NCBI GenBank assembly: GCA_964035545.1
Contig: OZ037765.1
Location: 4,288,698-4,352,697, forward strand
Source of the DNA: Bugula neritina
Lineage: Eukaryota; Animalia; Bryozoa
Direction: 5' to 3'
Length of the DNA stretch: 64,000 nucleotides
The notes beneath the pieces are model-generated. The model did not search any database. It had not been told where the DNA came from and was given only the letters and a program-made list of their open reading frames with translations. Shown in pieces: positions 51,469 through 64,000 of this stretch (position 1 is its first letter; every line of letters begins with the position of its first letter). A program made the position numbers and the translations under genes.

Positions 51469-52869
51469 CACAATGCATGGTTAACTGACCAAACTTTAAA
51501 CCTTCATTTCTCTGATGGTACAGACATAAATAGCAGTCATGCAAGGTTTAAACTTACTTCTTTTACTGCACGCAATAAGGAAATTGAAAAGTGCCTGTTA
51601 TATAACCAGTAACCTACATTTTCTATAAAATAATGAGGAAATTTTATTGGATGCTAATTGGTCTATTGTGATAATATCTGTTGACATTATTCAAGTGCTT
51701 TTAAAGTTCTCAGGTTTGAACAGAGGAGATAACTCATAATCAGCTTGTATAACCTTGAACTCCTAAAAGCTACAGAAAGAAGTCTAGTTTATATAAACTA
51801 GACATAATCTGAGAAACTAGACATAGTCTGAGAAACTGGGTATGGCAAAGAGAAGCTCACCAAGCATGCTACATTACCTGTAAAATATACTTGGATACAC
51901 AGTGATGACTGTACTTTATAGATTATCATATAAAGTTAGATATATGAGTTTATATCTAACTATTTCTCAGAAACTATGTCTTATTTAAAGCATTTTCCAA
52001 AAGATACTGGATACTGGAAATTCCGACAAACTTATCATAATTGTGATAAATAACTTAAGCAATATATAACAATATTTAGTTTTTAATATATAATATCATT
52101 ATGAAACTTGCAACATTATATTATTATATAGTGTGAGGTGTGTTATAAATGATTATAATCCAGTTAGTCCAGTATATCCCATTGAATACTACCACATAGC
52201 TAATTAACCAAAATATACTCACATTGATGGTTTTAAATTGTATAATAATTCTAAAACTAAGTTTGAATTTTTTTTAAAGAACAGTTAATGAAAAAAGTTC
52301 ATAATTATTATGAGGCCGACATCAGTATAGTTTTGGGGGAGATAACTCTCAGTTGTAGGTGTCAATACAGTGCCTTGAAAAACGACTATAGTGCAAATTT
52401 TTGTCCACTTGTTTTGGGGCAAAATGTAAGTAAATTTTGATTTTTCTAATTATTTGGTCTATAATTAAATAATTATATTTGTAAATTAAAATTCAGAGCA
52501 GTCATAGAATCAGAGTATATAAAACAGCAATAATTTGCGGCAACAGGGTTTTTATTGTTACGAGCTGGCTTATTGGTGCTTTTTGACCGTATTTGAGCGT
52601 GTCTAAAATGTTAACATCAAATTGGTAACCCCAATACAAATTTGATGACCTATCAATTATAACAAGCAGTTTTCTTACCGATGCTCCAACTAGCGATTTC
52701 TAAAGGATTGGTATCTGTTTTGGTTGATATAATATAGCCAATCAAAGCACAGTTCTATATTTAGCACGAGTGTAGCGTATACAAATAATTTATTATAAAG
52801 AATTTCATATTAACACGGATGCCCGTAGTAACCCAAGACGTCAAAGATAATCAACTGTATATGGGGTCT

Positions 52870-54130
52870 GATGCTAATAGTAATACTAATAAGTAATAGT
52901 AATGCTAATAGGCGCAACTGCTAAAACATTTTAACGATATTATAATTATGACTAGCAGTATGAGTATCTAATATTAACAAGTAGTAAATACTAATAAAAC
53001 TATTACTAAAACTACGATGCTTACACTATCTAACTTTAATTAATTATGGGTACCTATACTCATTGAGTTTGACTGATACTCGGAGTCATTGTCATTGTGA
53101 CAGTGAAACTGAATGTGATTGTCATCTCGAAGTTTGAGTTTCTATTATAATTACTAATAGTATTAGTATTACTATAACTATTAGTATTACAGTAATGACT
53201 ATAAGTATAAGTAATACTATTGTCAATTAGTAAATTACAATTACTATTAGTATTATAATTATTATTAATATTAATTATCAGTATACGTATACTCATACTG
53301 TATAGTGTTAGTATTAGTATTACTATTACTATTAAATTTAAGATTAATAATACTAATAGTATTAGTATTATTAATCTTAAATTTAATAATATTAGTATTA
53401 TTATTTATATCCATGTCCGTATTCATATTGATATTCATTTTCAATTTTATATTGATATTTAACTATGAATTAATATTAATTATTATACTTATAGTCATAA
53501 GTATGAATATGAATATCAATATGGATATGAATAAGGTATTCATTAATTTAATTTTAATAATCACAAGTACACGTGTGAGGAAACTCAAATGATTATGATT
53601 GTAATAATCATTAACATTATGATTATCAAGCTGACCCTAGAAGTGGACTGCATAGTTTTAGTTTATAGTTAAACTTGAACAGTTCATGTTGATGTTGATG
53701 GGTAATACTAGTTGTTTCTTTAAAAAGAAAAACATTTTCTGCATCATCATTCATGATCATTTATTAGTAGTGGTTATTATGATTATAATATTGGCCATGC
53801 TATGAGTATATTAATTATTAATATCTTATTGAATAGCCAATATTAGTAGCTACACTTACAGTAACACTAACAGTGGTACTAGTAATGCTACTAGCATTAG
53901 TAGTGTTGCTAAATTGATATAAAGTAGTAGCACTGTCAATATGATTCACACTAACTTAAAATAAAAGTTGATCTTATTACTTGATGAATTAATACTTATA
54001 TTAGTGTATAACTTATGCAGATGATCTTATGGTACTCATCCTCATTATGATTACCATACTCACATTCATATTGATTAACATTATCGTTATAAGGTTATGG
54101 TTCTTTGTCTCATTACTTATGCTTATGAAT
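52870..54130. repeat. AT-rich low-complexity tract (degenerate TAGTAT/TAATAC-type repeats)
   Basis: Direct inspection; generates biased spurious ORFs. Confidence 0.7.
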
Positions 54131-55206
54131 ATGCTGGTAGTGGAAATAGTTTGATTAGAATTTCGTACTTAAACTTAGTTTCATACTGATTCTGAAACTG
54201 AATCACTGATACTGATCCCCCAACTATAAAACCATAAGGATAGTTAATCACTAGGTATAGAACTAAATAGATCTTGTAAATAATAATTTTGAGCCTACAA
54301 TATACCTGAAATGTGAACAATAATCTTTAAATATTTATTTTGGAACAGAGAAAGTTACAACTATTTAAATTGAAGGTTTCTCACTGCAATTGATATATCG
54401 CATATTTTTTTCTATTCTTATTCTCAATGCTTATTTTAACATTATAGCCTTGTTTAAAAAACTCAGTAAATTGAATTTTGACAATCAGGGTGTAAATCGG
54501 TTTCCATCAGTCATTGTCAAGCTTATGGCATAGTTGTTACTTGAAAAAGCTGACACCCTTGCATAATAAATAAAATAAATTACTCTAACTACTACAAAAA
54601 AAATTGTCTTTGTTTGCACCTGTTGGAATTTGGAAAAAATCCTTCAAACTTTTAGTTACAACAAAATTTAGTGTAAAATAATTTTAATTTGTACTATCAG
54701 CATAATTACGATTCATTGTTTGCAATTTTTTTAAAAATGTTGTAAGCTCAAAACCCAGTTTAGAAATGAGTTTAGGTTTTAAATAAAATAATAGATCCAG
54801 TAAAAATTATGCTACAATTTTGCAATTTCAACCACATTATTTGTTGGATCTAAATAGCTTATTCAAATATCTTCATTTTATTGTAGCGTCTCTGGTATTT
54901 CAAGAGCAAATTTGATGTCAAGTAACCAACTGGTTGAGAGGTTAGAAGAACCGATGTGGTTGGATTAACCCAATTCAGATGGCTGCAGTATTTCCTAACA
55001 AAACAGATGCTAAAAAAATTTCTTCCTACTTCTGTCAACTATCTCTTTTGTATTCAACATGAACAAACCTATAACTGAAATTTATTGTTAATAATCTGCC
55101 TCCCCCCCCCCCCCAAGACACTTTGAGTTCATTACAAAATAAAAAGTTTTAAACAACTTGCTGCTCTATAGAAGAGAGAATTCCAAATCATTGACACACT
55201 AACAAA

Positions 55207-58200
55207 ATGTCTGCCAGTGAAGATGCTTCAAAAAGAAAACGGAATACTATACCATATAAAATTGTCATCTTAGGTGATGGCGGTGTAGGAAAGTCTGGTA
55301 AGATATATTTTTGTCTGAAAGTTAGAGTCAATGCTGCTGCTTGTTTTGTGTAGTCAGCAGTGTAAATGTTTTGTACTGGTAGTTATAGTAATAATTTAGT
55401 TCTTGTAGCTCTTACTATGTATCTTGTAGCTCTTACTATGTATCTTGTAGCTCTTACTATGTATCTTGTAGCTCTTACCATGTATCTTGTAGCTCTTACT
55501 ATGTATCTTGTAGCTCTTACTATGTATCTTGTAGCTCTTACTATGTATCTTGTAGCTCTCACCATGTATCTTGTAGCTCTTACTATGTATCTTGTATCTC
55601 TTACCATGTATCTTGTAGCTCTTACTATGTATCTTGTAGCTCTTACTATGTATCTTGTAGCTCTTACTATGTATCTTGTAGCTCTCACCATGTATCTTGT
55701 AGCTCTTACTATGTATCTTGTAGCTCTTACTATGTATCTTGTAGCTCTTACTATGTATCTTGTAGCTCTTACTATGTATCTTGTAGCTCTTACTATGTAT
55801 CTTGTAGCTCTTACTATGTATCTTGTAGCTCTTACTATGTATCTTGTAGCTCTTACTATGTATCTTGTAGCTCTTACTATGTATCTTGTAGCTCTTACTA
55901 TGTATCTTGTAGCTCTTACTATGTATCTTGTAGCTCTTACTATGCAATTTGTGGCCAGCACCTTTATGGAGACCCATGACCCTACCATAGGTATGTACTT
56001 GAAGTTTAATTTATATTGTATATCAGAGGAAACTGGCTTTAGTTCAGTTTGTCAATCTCCACATTTTCAACTAATTTTTACATAAAGTAAAAACTCTCAT
56101 TTGTTTATCACTTGGAGGGTCCAATGTTGAGATTTTTCTTGAAATTTATTTAATTCAAGCAATACTGGCCATATGGTGTAAGGACTTTAAAAAGTGCCAG
56201 AGCAGTTCTAACTCAATGCCTTTTCATTGTAAGATTCGAGCCACCAGCATAGCACCTCTACTTACTAATTCACAGTCATGGAATGAAAACTGTCAAAATT
56301 AGAATTTTCTGTATACTGGAAATGAGGTGGAAAAATGTAAGATAAAAAGTAGAATATTTAAATGTAATATAAATGTACTATAATGTAAATGGTTGCTCTT
56401 CTCACAATATATAGATAAATACTTGGTGGAATACTCAATTGGCATCTAGGTAATAACACAGAGTTTCCAATTTTGGTGATGTGTGTGATCACATTATGTC
56501 AAGTTCAGTTTATAAAAACACTTCACTGGAGTACTTGACAATAAAAATAATTTGGAAATTCGAAAGACAGCAAGAAATTGTTTTACAACAACATTTCAAC
56601 ACAGCACTTTTTATTGAAGTGTGTTTAGGATTGAAAATTGCATTCCATGATTTTATTATTTCAATACAGTAATTTCACAGGTCACTGGGCTGCCAGCCAG
56701 GTTATATGCAGCACTGCAATAATAGATGTTTGGCTCATGCACACAGTGTTATTGTTAATCTACTCAATAGCTGGTTGTTAAGAAAATATTTGTTGCATAA
56801 CTTTGCAAGGTGGCTGTTATTAAGTACCTAATACCTAATTTAAACTACCTTTTACAGCAAACACAACCCATTACCCCTATTGTAGTGTTATAGTACATGT
56901 GATATCAAAGACTTGCTACATGTCTATTATAACAGCGCAAGACCTGGATATGTCTGTTTTAGGGTGTTTGTCTGCTATTTTAGTAAGTTTGTAATGTTTT
57001 AGAGGATGCATACAGACAGCAATGCGTTGTGGATGACGAAGTTGCACATTTAGATATCCTTGACACTGCTGGGCAGGTACTTGTACAACTTAACATTATG
57101 TATTAGATATCCTTGACACTGCTGGGCAGGTGCTTGCTCAACTTAACATTATGTATTAGTTAATTTTACAAATTTGACAGGAAGATTTTAGTAAAACCCA
57201 ATATTACTAAATTTTCTATGTTTAGTCAGTCATGGTCTTTGGAATTAATAGAAGTAAAATATTCCCTTTATCTCTCAACTTCAGAACTAAACTTACTAGC
57301 AAAACTTTGAAGCAAACACAATCTTTACTCAGCCCAAATCAACCAATAGAAGTTAATAGTTTACTTGTTGCGACACTTCACACTGTAGTCAGCAAAGGTT
57401 TTACTAGTTGAAACTTTCTCACACATAAAATGTAGTTGTCTATTGCATAGCATAGACTGTTTAGTCTATTAGATGATGTTTTGGTAAAATCTTTCACCAC
57501 AGTACATCCTCACTAAATTGTGTTGAATATGTTGCTCTGTGAAGACAGCTGCTTGATATTTTAGTCACAAAAGGAATATTTTGACAGTTTAAAGTTTTAA
57601 TTGGTTGAGTTGTTTGAGAAAAGTTAAAGTGGGGATATGCATATAATGTATGTGTTATTCTATAAATGCCATGTTGTCAGCAGCTTGCCTTCATTTGTAT
57701 CAACATCTTTATAAATCAAAGTTAATTGACCCTTGTTGTCATGAGAAAGTCTATCCAACTTTTAATAAGGATGAATAACTCTTAATGTGCCAATAGTTTG
57801 CTGTGTGCTGTATGTTTTATAGTACCACAAACTATAGTAGTGTTTTCCAGCCTTTACTCTATTTCTAATACCGTCACCTTACAACTACAACTTTCATCTG
57901 GATCAACTGTTAGTTATCATTGTTGTTGCTGTGTAGCCACAATATTTGATGAAGATAAATAATTGTAGAGAACTGCTATAGTAAACCTATCTAAAACTGT
58001 GTGAATAAGAATATGCTTTATGTTCCACCTACTGGATATTGTAGTCCTGCTGATAAAACCTGTCACAGCCATAAACTGTCCTGTAAATAAATTAGCAATA
58101 AACTTGAAAACATTTTGTTTTTAAATAAAACTCATGTGAGTTTATAGTCACTATCCCTGTGTCAACCCCTGATGGAAAGAGTTTATTTAAGCGGGCTAAG

Positions 58201-59313
58201 GACGTTTGTGGCACAGGAGCAATTATGACTGGATGCTCTTCCTAACATCACCAATGGGCTCTACTGGGGGTTGAACCCATGTCTTCACTCTGACCCAGAC
58301 TTTGCTCTGTATGCTAACTTCTTATATTTTAGAGAGAGTTCACAGCTATGAAGGAACAGTACATGAGGAGTGGAGAGGGGTTTGTAATATGCTATTCAGT
58401 CACGGACAGACGAAGCTTTAATGAAATTAAAGAGTATAATAGACTGATAAAGAGGGTTCGCTGTCAGGATAACATTCCTATCATTCTAGTGGGGAATAAA
58501 GTGGACCTCCACGACCATCGGCAAGTAAGTCACTATCTGCGTACTGACTTTTACTATCTCACTACATGATTGCAACATTTTTATTAAAATTGATAGTATA
58601 GTGCATTATATCTGACTACTATTGACAACTAATGCTGTATCTATCCTAGTGCTCTTTGCCCTACTATTGGAATGTGAATATTTTAGTTGCACATGTTTCT
58701 TCCTTGGTGTCACATTCATTTAGGTACAGTATCGAAGGAATTTTACTAGCCTATGTTCTTTAATTTCCGTAATAAACATATTGGTTTGGGACGAAAGTTC
58801 AAATTTAATCTCTTCTACATTTCTAATCGAAAGCACAAATTTTTCTCAATCACTCCATTACTATCTCCTCACTTGGCAATCAGGTGTACCACATTTTAGA
58901 CACTATCTTATAAATTAAATCAAGTTATATATTTGGTTATAGACCAACATTTGATTTTGATAAAATTTACAGTTATTAAAAAAGACATTAATTTAGTTAT
59001 CTTGGAAGTGTGTTCTCTTCACTGCGAGACTCAACAGTGTTAGGTATTGCTGTACTGGGTTACTGTTTCCTGTTAGGTATCCACTGCAGAAGGACAGGCT
59101 TTAGCCACTCAATATGGCTGCCCATTTTTTGAAAGCTCTGCTGCAAGACGTCAATACGTTGATGAGATATTTCACCAAATCATACGAGAAGTTCGCAAGT
59201 TTGAACTTGCTAAAGACAGTGAAGTAGGGAAAAAACACCGCAGTGGATTTAGACAATGTTTAAGACAAATCAGGAACTGGGCCAGGCCTTCCTCAAAACA
59301 AGGAAAGACGTGA
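55207..59313 (+). CDS. RIT1: Ras-like without CAAX GTPase (RIT1/RIT2/Ric orthologue), ~216 aa, 5 exons
   Basis: Exons 55207-55297, 55934-55990, 57003-57076, 58333-58524, 59077-59313. GDGGVGKS, Rit-type effector HDPTIEDAY, DTAGQ-EFTAM, NKVD, ESSAA; basic C-terminus with no CAAX. Confidence 0.9.
55399..55944 (+). repeat. 21-bp minisatellite (TATCTTGTAG|CTCTTACTATG) x26 spanning the RIT intron1/exon2 junction
   Basis: First acceptor at 55408|55409, last at 55933|55934 (25 x 21 nt apart); one unit (~55597) has TAT instead of TAG. Confidence 0.95.
57050..57159 (+). repeat. 53-bp tandem duplication of RIT exon 3 end and donor
   Basis: TTAGATATCCTTGACACTGCTGGGCAG|GT.. at 57050 and 57103; donors at 57077 and 57130. 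Confidence 0.92.
58126..58290 (-). mobile_element. tRNA-derived SINE copy (5'-truncated)
   Basis: Reverse complement of B box, core and tail of the family. Confidence 0.75.
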
Positions 59314-59765
59314 GATTGGATGACCTTTAGTTAGCACCGTTTATTAATAGGTTATCTACTAACAAGCTGTAAAATATTATAATATATATATGTTATAATA
59401 TATAAACTTTTTTAAAAATATTATAGGTTGCATAAACAAATTTAGAAAATACTGATGAGATTACCATTAAGTAGTGGAAAATGCCTCTGGGTTATAAAAT
59501 CGCCTCAATTATATACCAGGCGCGTTACTGGTTCTAACAAGTCTCATTACCAGGAACAAGGAATGGATAACATTGTGCTAAAAAGTTTTGGATTAAATAC
59601 ACAGTTAGCAATTAGTAAGTAGGAGCAAGGAACTTCTCATTGGTCAACTGATGATAGTTGTAATATAAGGCTCTATGGCGACCAATCAGGAGTAACTTCC
59701 TATTAAGTCTTCTGTGATGACTAGAGATGGTGTCATCTATACAATGCAGTGGAGAGTCAACATTC

Positions 59766-62700
59766 CTACTCCCTTCTTCCATGTTTATCTAAACCCAACA
59801 ATTTCATGGCATTCTCGTGAAATATTTTCTTCTACAAAATATATTCAAACATAATAATCATTTTTGACAACTTGTATGACTTTGAGTGCAGCTCAATTTA
59901 TCATGATATCTCTTTTGTATTCAATATTTCCTACTTGTACATTATTATTGCTGAATATTGTTGAATATTTTATTTTCTAGTGACAAAGTTTAACAATACT
60001 TTCTAGTATGTTTCAACTGACGTTCAACATTGCAGGTTGCAAAAGTTGGCAAAACAATACTAAATCATTTTTTGTCCAAAATATGCCATATCATCACATT
60101 TATAGCTGAAAAACATTGAAAACGGTGTTTGAATGTTAACACATGTCTTGCAATTTTGAACTTGTCAGAAGTCAAAGTGAAATCACTACATGAATGCAAG
60201 ATATAATAATAATTGTATCACTGCATGAGTCATGTTTCTAAAGACAACATATTTGCTAGCAGAACTAGTATATCAATAGCCTGCATGTTGCATAATTCAA
60301 GCTGTTGAAATCAAAATATTATATCTGTGTTGCACTTTGAGCACTACTTTGTACTAATAAATAGCAGCAGCTAGATGAAAGTACAAAACAGCTGTTGCTA
60401 TCAGTGGGATCAAAGTGAATAACATGAGCCATGCAAGCCCTGTACAACACAAATACAGCCAGCATGAGGTCTAACATATGCTTGTTGACAATATTATTCA
60501 AACTCTTTCAATAATATTCATTATTGCTTTAAATATAAGTTGATTTATTTCCCTTATAAGAAATTGAAAAGTGGAGGTTAGGTTATAATATAATAAAAAT
60601 ATACTATCACCTAACCTCCACTTTTCAATCATATAACCGTTGATTGGTTTACAACAGGCTTGAGACGGTCCATATTTCACAATGAAATTAATAGTTTAGA
60701 CATGCATTAAGGTCATTATACTGGAAATAACACAAATAAATTCAATTTTCAACTAAAAGATTGAAATTAAAGCCTGAAATAAAACTCTTTGAACAAGAGT
60801 AGACAACCTCTCAACATAATTCTTTCAAAGAAATTGGTGAAGCTTGCACCGCTAATGCATTTCTACAAAATTCATAAACACAGAAATAAATTACTGCAAT
60901 TTGGTTCCACTCTGCATTATGTACCGGCTATGGCTAAAGGAGGTACTGCTCACTAACCTTGACACTTTCAGTAAGTATAGCAGAGTTTCCTATACTTTGG
61001 CCAGCTGTCAAGTCACCAAGAGGGAAGGGGTAGTCCGTCCCGAGTATCACATTATCCTGCAGTATAAACAGTATAAACACTCAGAAGATACAGTGTAGCC
61101 AGACCAGCTCATTGTACACATCATGTATTAGTCTAATAGTGAGCATTGGCAGCTAATCATACATGGCCTGTAGGTGTATTGGTTGGAAATACTTGAGAGT
61201 CTATTTTACTAGAGTATAAGTACTTTCCAATGTCATAGTACACAGTTACACCAGAATAGCATAGAATACTACTAGCAAAGCTGATTACACAAGTGGTATG
61301 ATTTGTGTCTACAAAGTGTTGGACAGAGTATGCAGTTATTTCCAACTTGAGGAACAATTAGTAATTCTCCTGGTGCATAGGCTAGTAGATGAGTAGCGTG
61401 ATAAGCTTGCTTTGAGCATCACTAAAACTGCAAATGCTTTGCTAAGAAATTCCTTCTCTTTTTGAAGGTTGGGATATGAAAATGTGGGAGGAAATAGGAA
61501 AATAAGTCACAATAGGGGACATCTAGCCTGTCTATAGATCTAAAAATAGTCTACAGCTAGTCTAGCAGGTAGCAACGGCCAACATGCACCCAACACTGCT
61601 TGTTTTACCTGCGGACTAAACAGTCATCCTGGACTATAGAGGAAAGAATACCTATAAAGATTCACATATTATACTCTCATTAGACCACATTTTCATGCTA
61701 GATGCCTCATAAATTACAGTTATAAATGTCGCTATTTTGAATTTTTAGAATATTTTAAACATATTTTTCAAGGTCAAACTAGAAAATATGAAAATATTTT
61801 TCTTCAGATAGTGAAAACTATAAAACAGTAATCTACTCAAAATTTTCACTGTTAGCAATGAGACTTCAGAATAAATAGTTCACCACACAAACTAACACAA
61901 CAAGCAATACAGGATGTGAACTTTCAAATTAAATTTGCTAGTAGTCTCTAAGCACAGTAACAGCTTCAGCATGACACAGTAATCAACACTATGACGCAAT
62001 ATGAAAGACCCTTGAATCAAAGTATAAGGATTTAGGTTAGAGTGCATTCCACAAATAGTTTGCAGTGACAAACTTCAGTAGGCAGGCTATTAAATAATGG
62101 AGTCAAACAAATTTATCTTTATTATCAGTTTATTGTCAGCAGAAACGGAATTCTTAGAATAGCCAAATTCAACTCTCTAACTATAATTAATAATGGTATG
62201 AGTTTCATTGCATCAAATATCGTGGGCCTTTCAATTCTTATAATTGCATCATGTATCACCTGATGCTATAGCAACCAGCATAACGTAGGAACATAGCAGT
62301 ATACTTAGTAAAGCCTTCATTAACTATTATATAATGCTTTGTATCAAACATGATTACTGCTAATAGTATACAACCATTCAAATGGCAATTTTCAAGGTTG
62401 AGTAAAGGTTCACATTTGCACTGTGCCATTTGCTATGGAAATAAATCTTAGAGAAAGTTGTGGAAAAGCATTACAATACTAAAGAATTTAGGGAAGTGTT
62501 GTTGAAATGAAAAGCAATATTGCACACCGATATCAGCAAATCATAGATAAAATTTCCCCGATTGACATTCAAATATGTATACTTGAAAAGATCAATAGCC
62601 TGCTAGGTTATTGCACCAAAATACCAGGGAGCTACCACAACACTAATTATTATATATTAGTATTTGACGAAAGCACATCATTGATTTAATAATTTATTTA

Positions 62701-63465
62701 CCTCATTGCAGTGATTTGTTGCATATTGCATAAGTATTAATGGCTATACCAACATTTCCACGTGGATGAAATAATAATTAGTACTAGCAACCAAAGAATG
62801 CAAACCTAGGTAGATGAATAGATGGCCTACGATTCAAGCAGTGAAGCAATTATGGGGGGAGGGTGTAGAACAATTCCTTCCAATAATAAACTGTAAGAAC
62901 CTAGGCTTATATCATTGAGACCAATTTTAAGCTTTTTAAAGTAAAAAGTATACTGAATCCAATGAGCCAAGTCAAAGGTAGCTGTAGGGTACAGCCTGTC
63001 TAAGTATATACAAGTATAGGCTTTGCACAAGTAATTTGGCAATCAATTCAAATCAAAATAAAGATAGTGAAACTTGTGCTACCACAAATAGCCTTGTTCA
63101 AGCATCACTACATTGTTTCCTAAGCAAAATAATTTAGATTCCTCCACCAATATAATAAAACATATTTATAATAGTGGAATGCATCAATAAAAAGAGCTCC
63201 TAAGTCAGTAGCATGGTGATAATATTACCAGCAACTATATAAACTAAATATCGGGAATTGTCTTTCCACCCACCTCCCCCATGACTTGTAGAAGTAAGTT
63301 GAGTGAGTGAGGGTCGTGTACTAGACTGTCCGTGTATATCCTGCCCAGGTACTTCCTGGGAGACTCTTGGCAATTGGTGGCGCAGAGGTCTGGTCGCACA
63401 TTGAACCCGTGTTCTATTCTACCAACAGTGTAGGGAAAGGCACCGGCACCATGGGCAAAGCACAC
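59766..63465 (-). CDS. ACMSD: 2-amino-3-carboxymuconate-6-semialdehyde decarboxylase, last three coding exons (5' part beyond window)
   Basis: Exons 63465-63274 (VCFAHGAGAFPYTVGRIEHGF..RPDLCA..YTDSLVHD), 61056-60958 (VILGTDYPFPLG), 59831-59766 (KKIFHENAMKLLGLDKHGRRE*). Confidence 0.9.
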
Positions 63466-64000
63466 CTTCAATGCATTATATACAGTCCATAATATGCATA
63501 TAATATGTGTGCAGAATAAATATAAAATATATATTCTATGTAGCCAATATCATATGTGTATATATCATGTGTATATAAACATGGATATAATAATCTACAC
63601 AATAACTTGTCTAAAACCATAGTATAGTTTTAATAGGAAAATTGACCAATCATTAAAAGAATATAAACTCTCAAAATAATGAAACAAGGCACAGTAGAAC
63701 ACCAACTACTAGAAAAAGAAACTGATATTCATATTGGTAAAAGCCAGACTTTCAAATACAACTGCAATTGCTTGTTTAGAGCCTATTTAAACAAGTAGCG
63801 ACAGCAAAATATAAATATTACAGAAGACATATATCTTATAAAGGTTAAAAAATGTTGAGAACATGTCCAAATAAATTTTATATAAATCATCACAAAATAA
63901 CAGCATTACTATCAATGAAACTTTACAGAAAAAATAAAATTTAGCTAATAAATATATCATATTGTGCAACTTTATCTGATGGCACATGAACTAGCTTAAA

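Noticed and set aside
55399-55944. CRISPR-like array (also considered for 35218-36245 and 9097-9451)
   Set aside because: No unique spacers, eukaryotic intronic context, no cas genes.
55366-56085. Long ORFs on both strands (ALTMYLV / RATRYIV / SKSYKIH repeats) as independent genes
   Set aside because: All derive from the 21-bp array; only the + frame matters, as part of RIT exon 2.

Overview
AT-rich, intron-rich animal (invertebrate-like) genomic DNA; the species cannot be determined from the sequence. Spliced genes reconstructed by hand with consistent intron phases: an 18-exon M28B NAALADase/GCPII-family peptidase (- strand, 5848-14731), an F-box/WD40 gene (-, 30150-37074) head-to-head with FBXO16 (+, 38445-44843) around an RFX X-box, a TTC22/IFIT-like TPR gene (-, 48050-50343), the Ras-family GTPase RIT/Ric (+, 55207-59313) and the 3' end of ACMSD (-, 59766->63465). 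The first coding exon of a probable second NAALADase paralog lies at 3786-3837. A ~14 kb TE island (15.0-29.0 kb) holds tandem degenerate PIF/Harbinger transposase copies and two Ty3/Gypsy elements. These show a tRNA-Leu PBS, a -1 frameshift signal, hairpin-rich LTRs and a conserved zinc-finger/coiled-coil ORF in the env position. All TE coding remnants are on the + strand. A Harbinger MITE, a hAT element and five tRNA-derived SINE copies occur elsewhere. The most unusual signal is tandem amplification of splice-site sequence. RIT exon 2's acceptor plus 11 exonic nt is repeated 26 times in frame, RIT exon 3's donor is duplicated, and an intronic 21-mer array in the F-box/WD40 gene reads as donor-branchpoint-acceptor units joined AG|GT.
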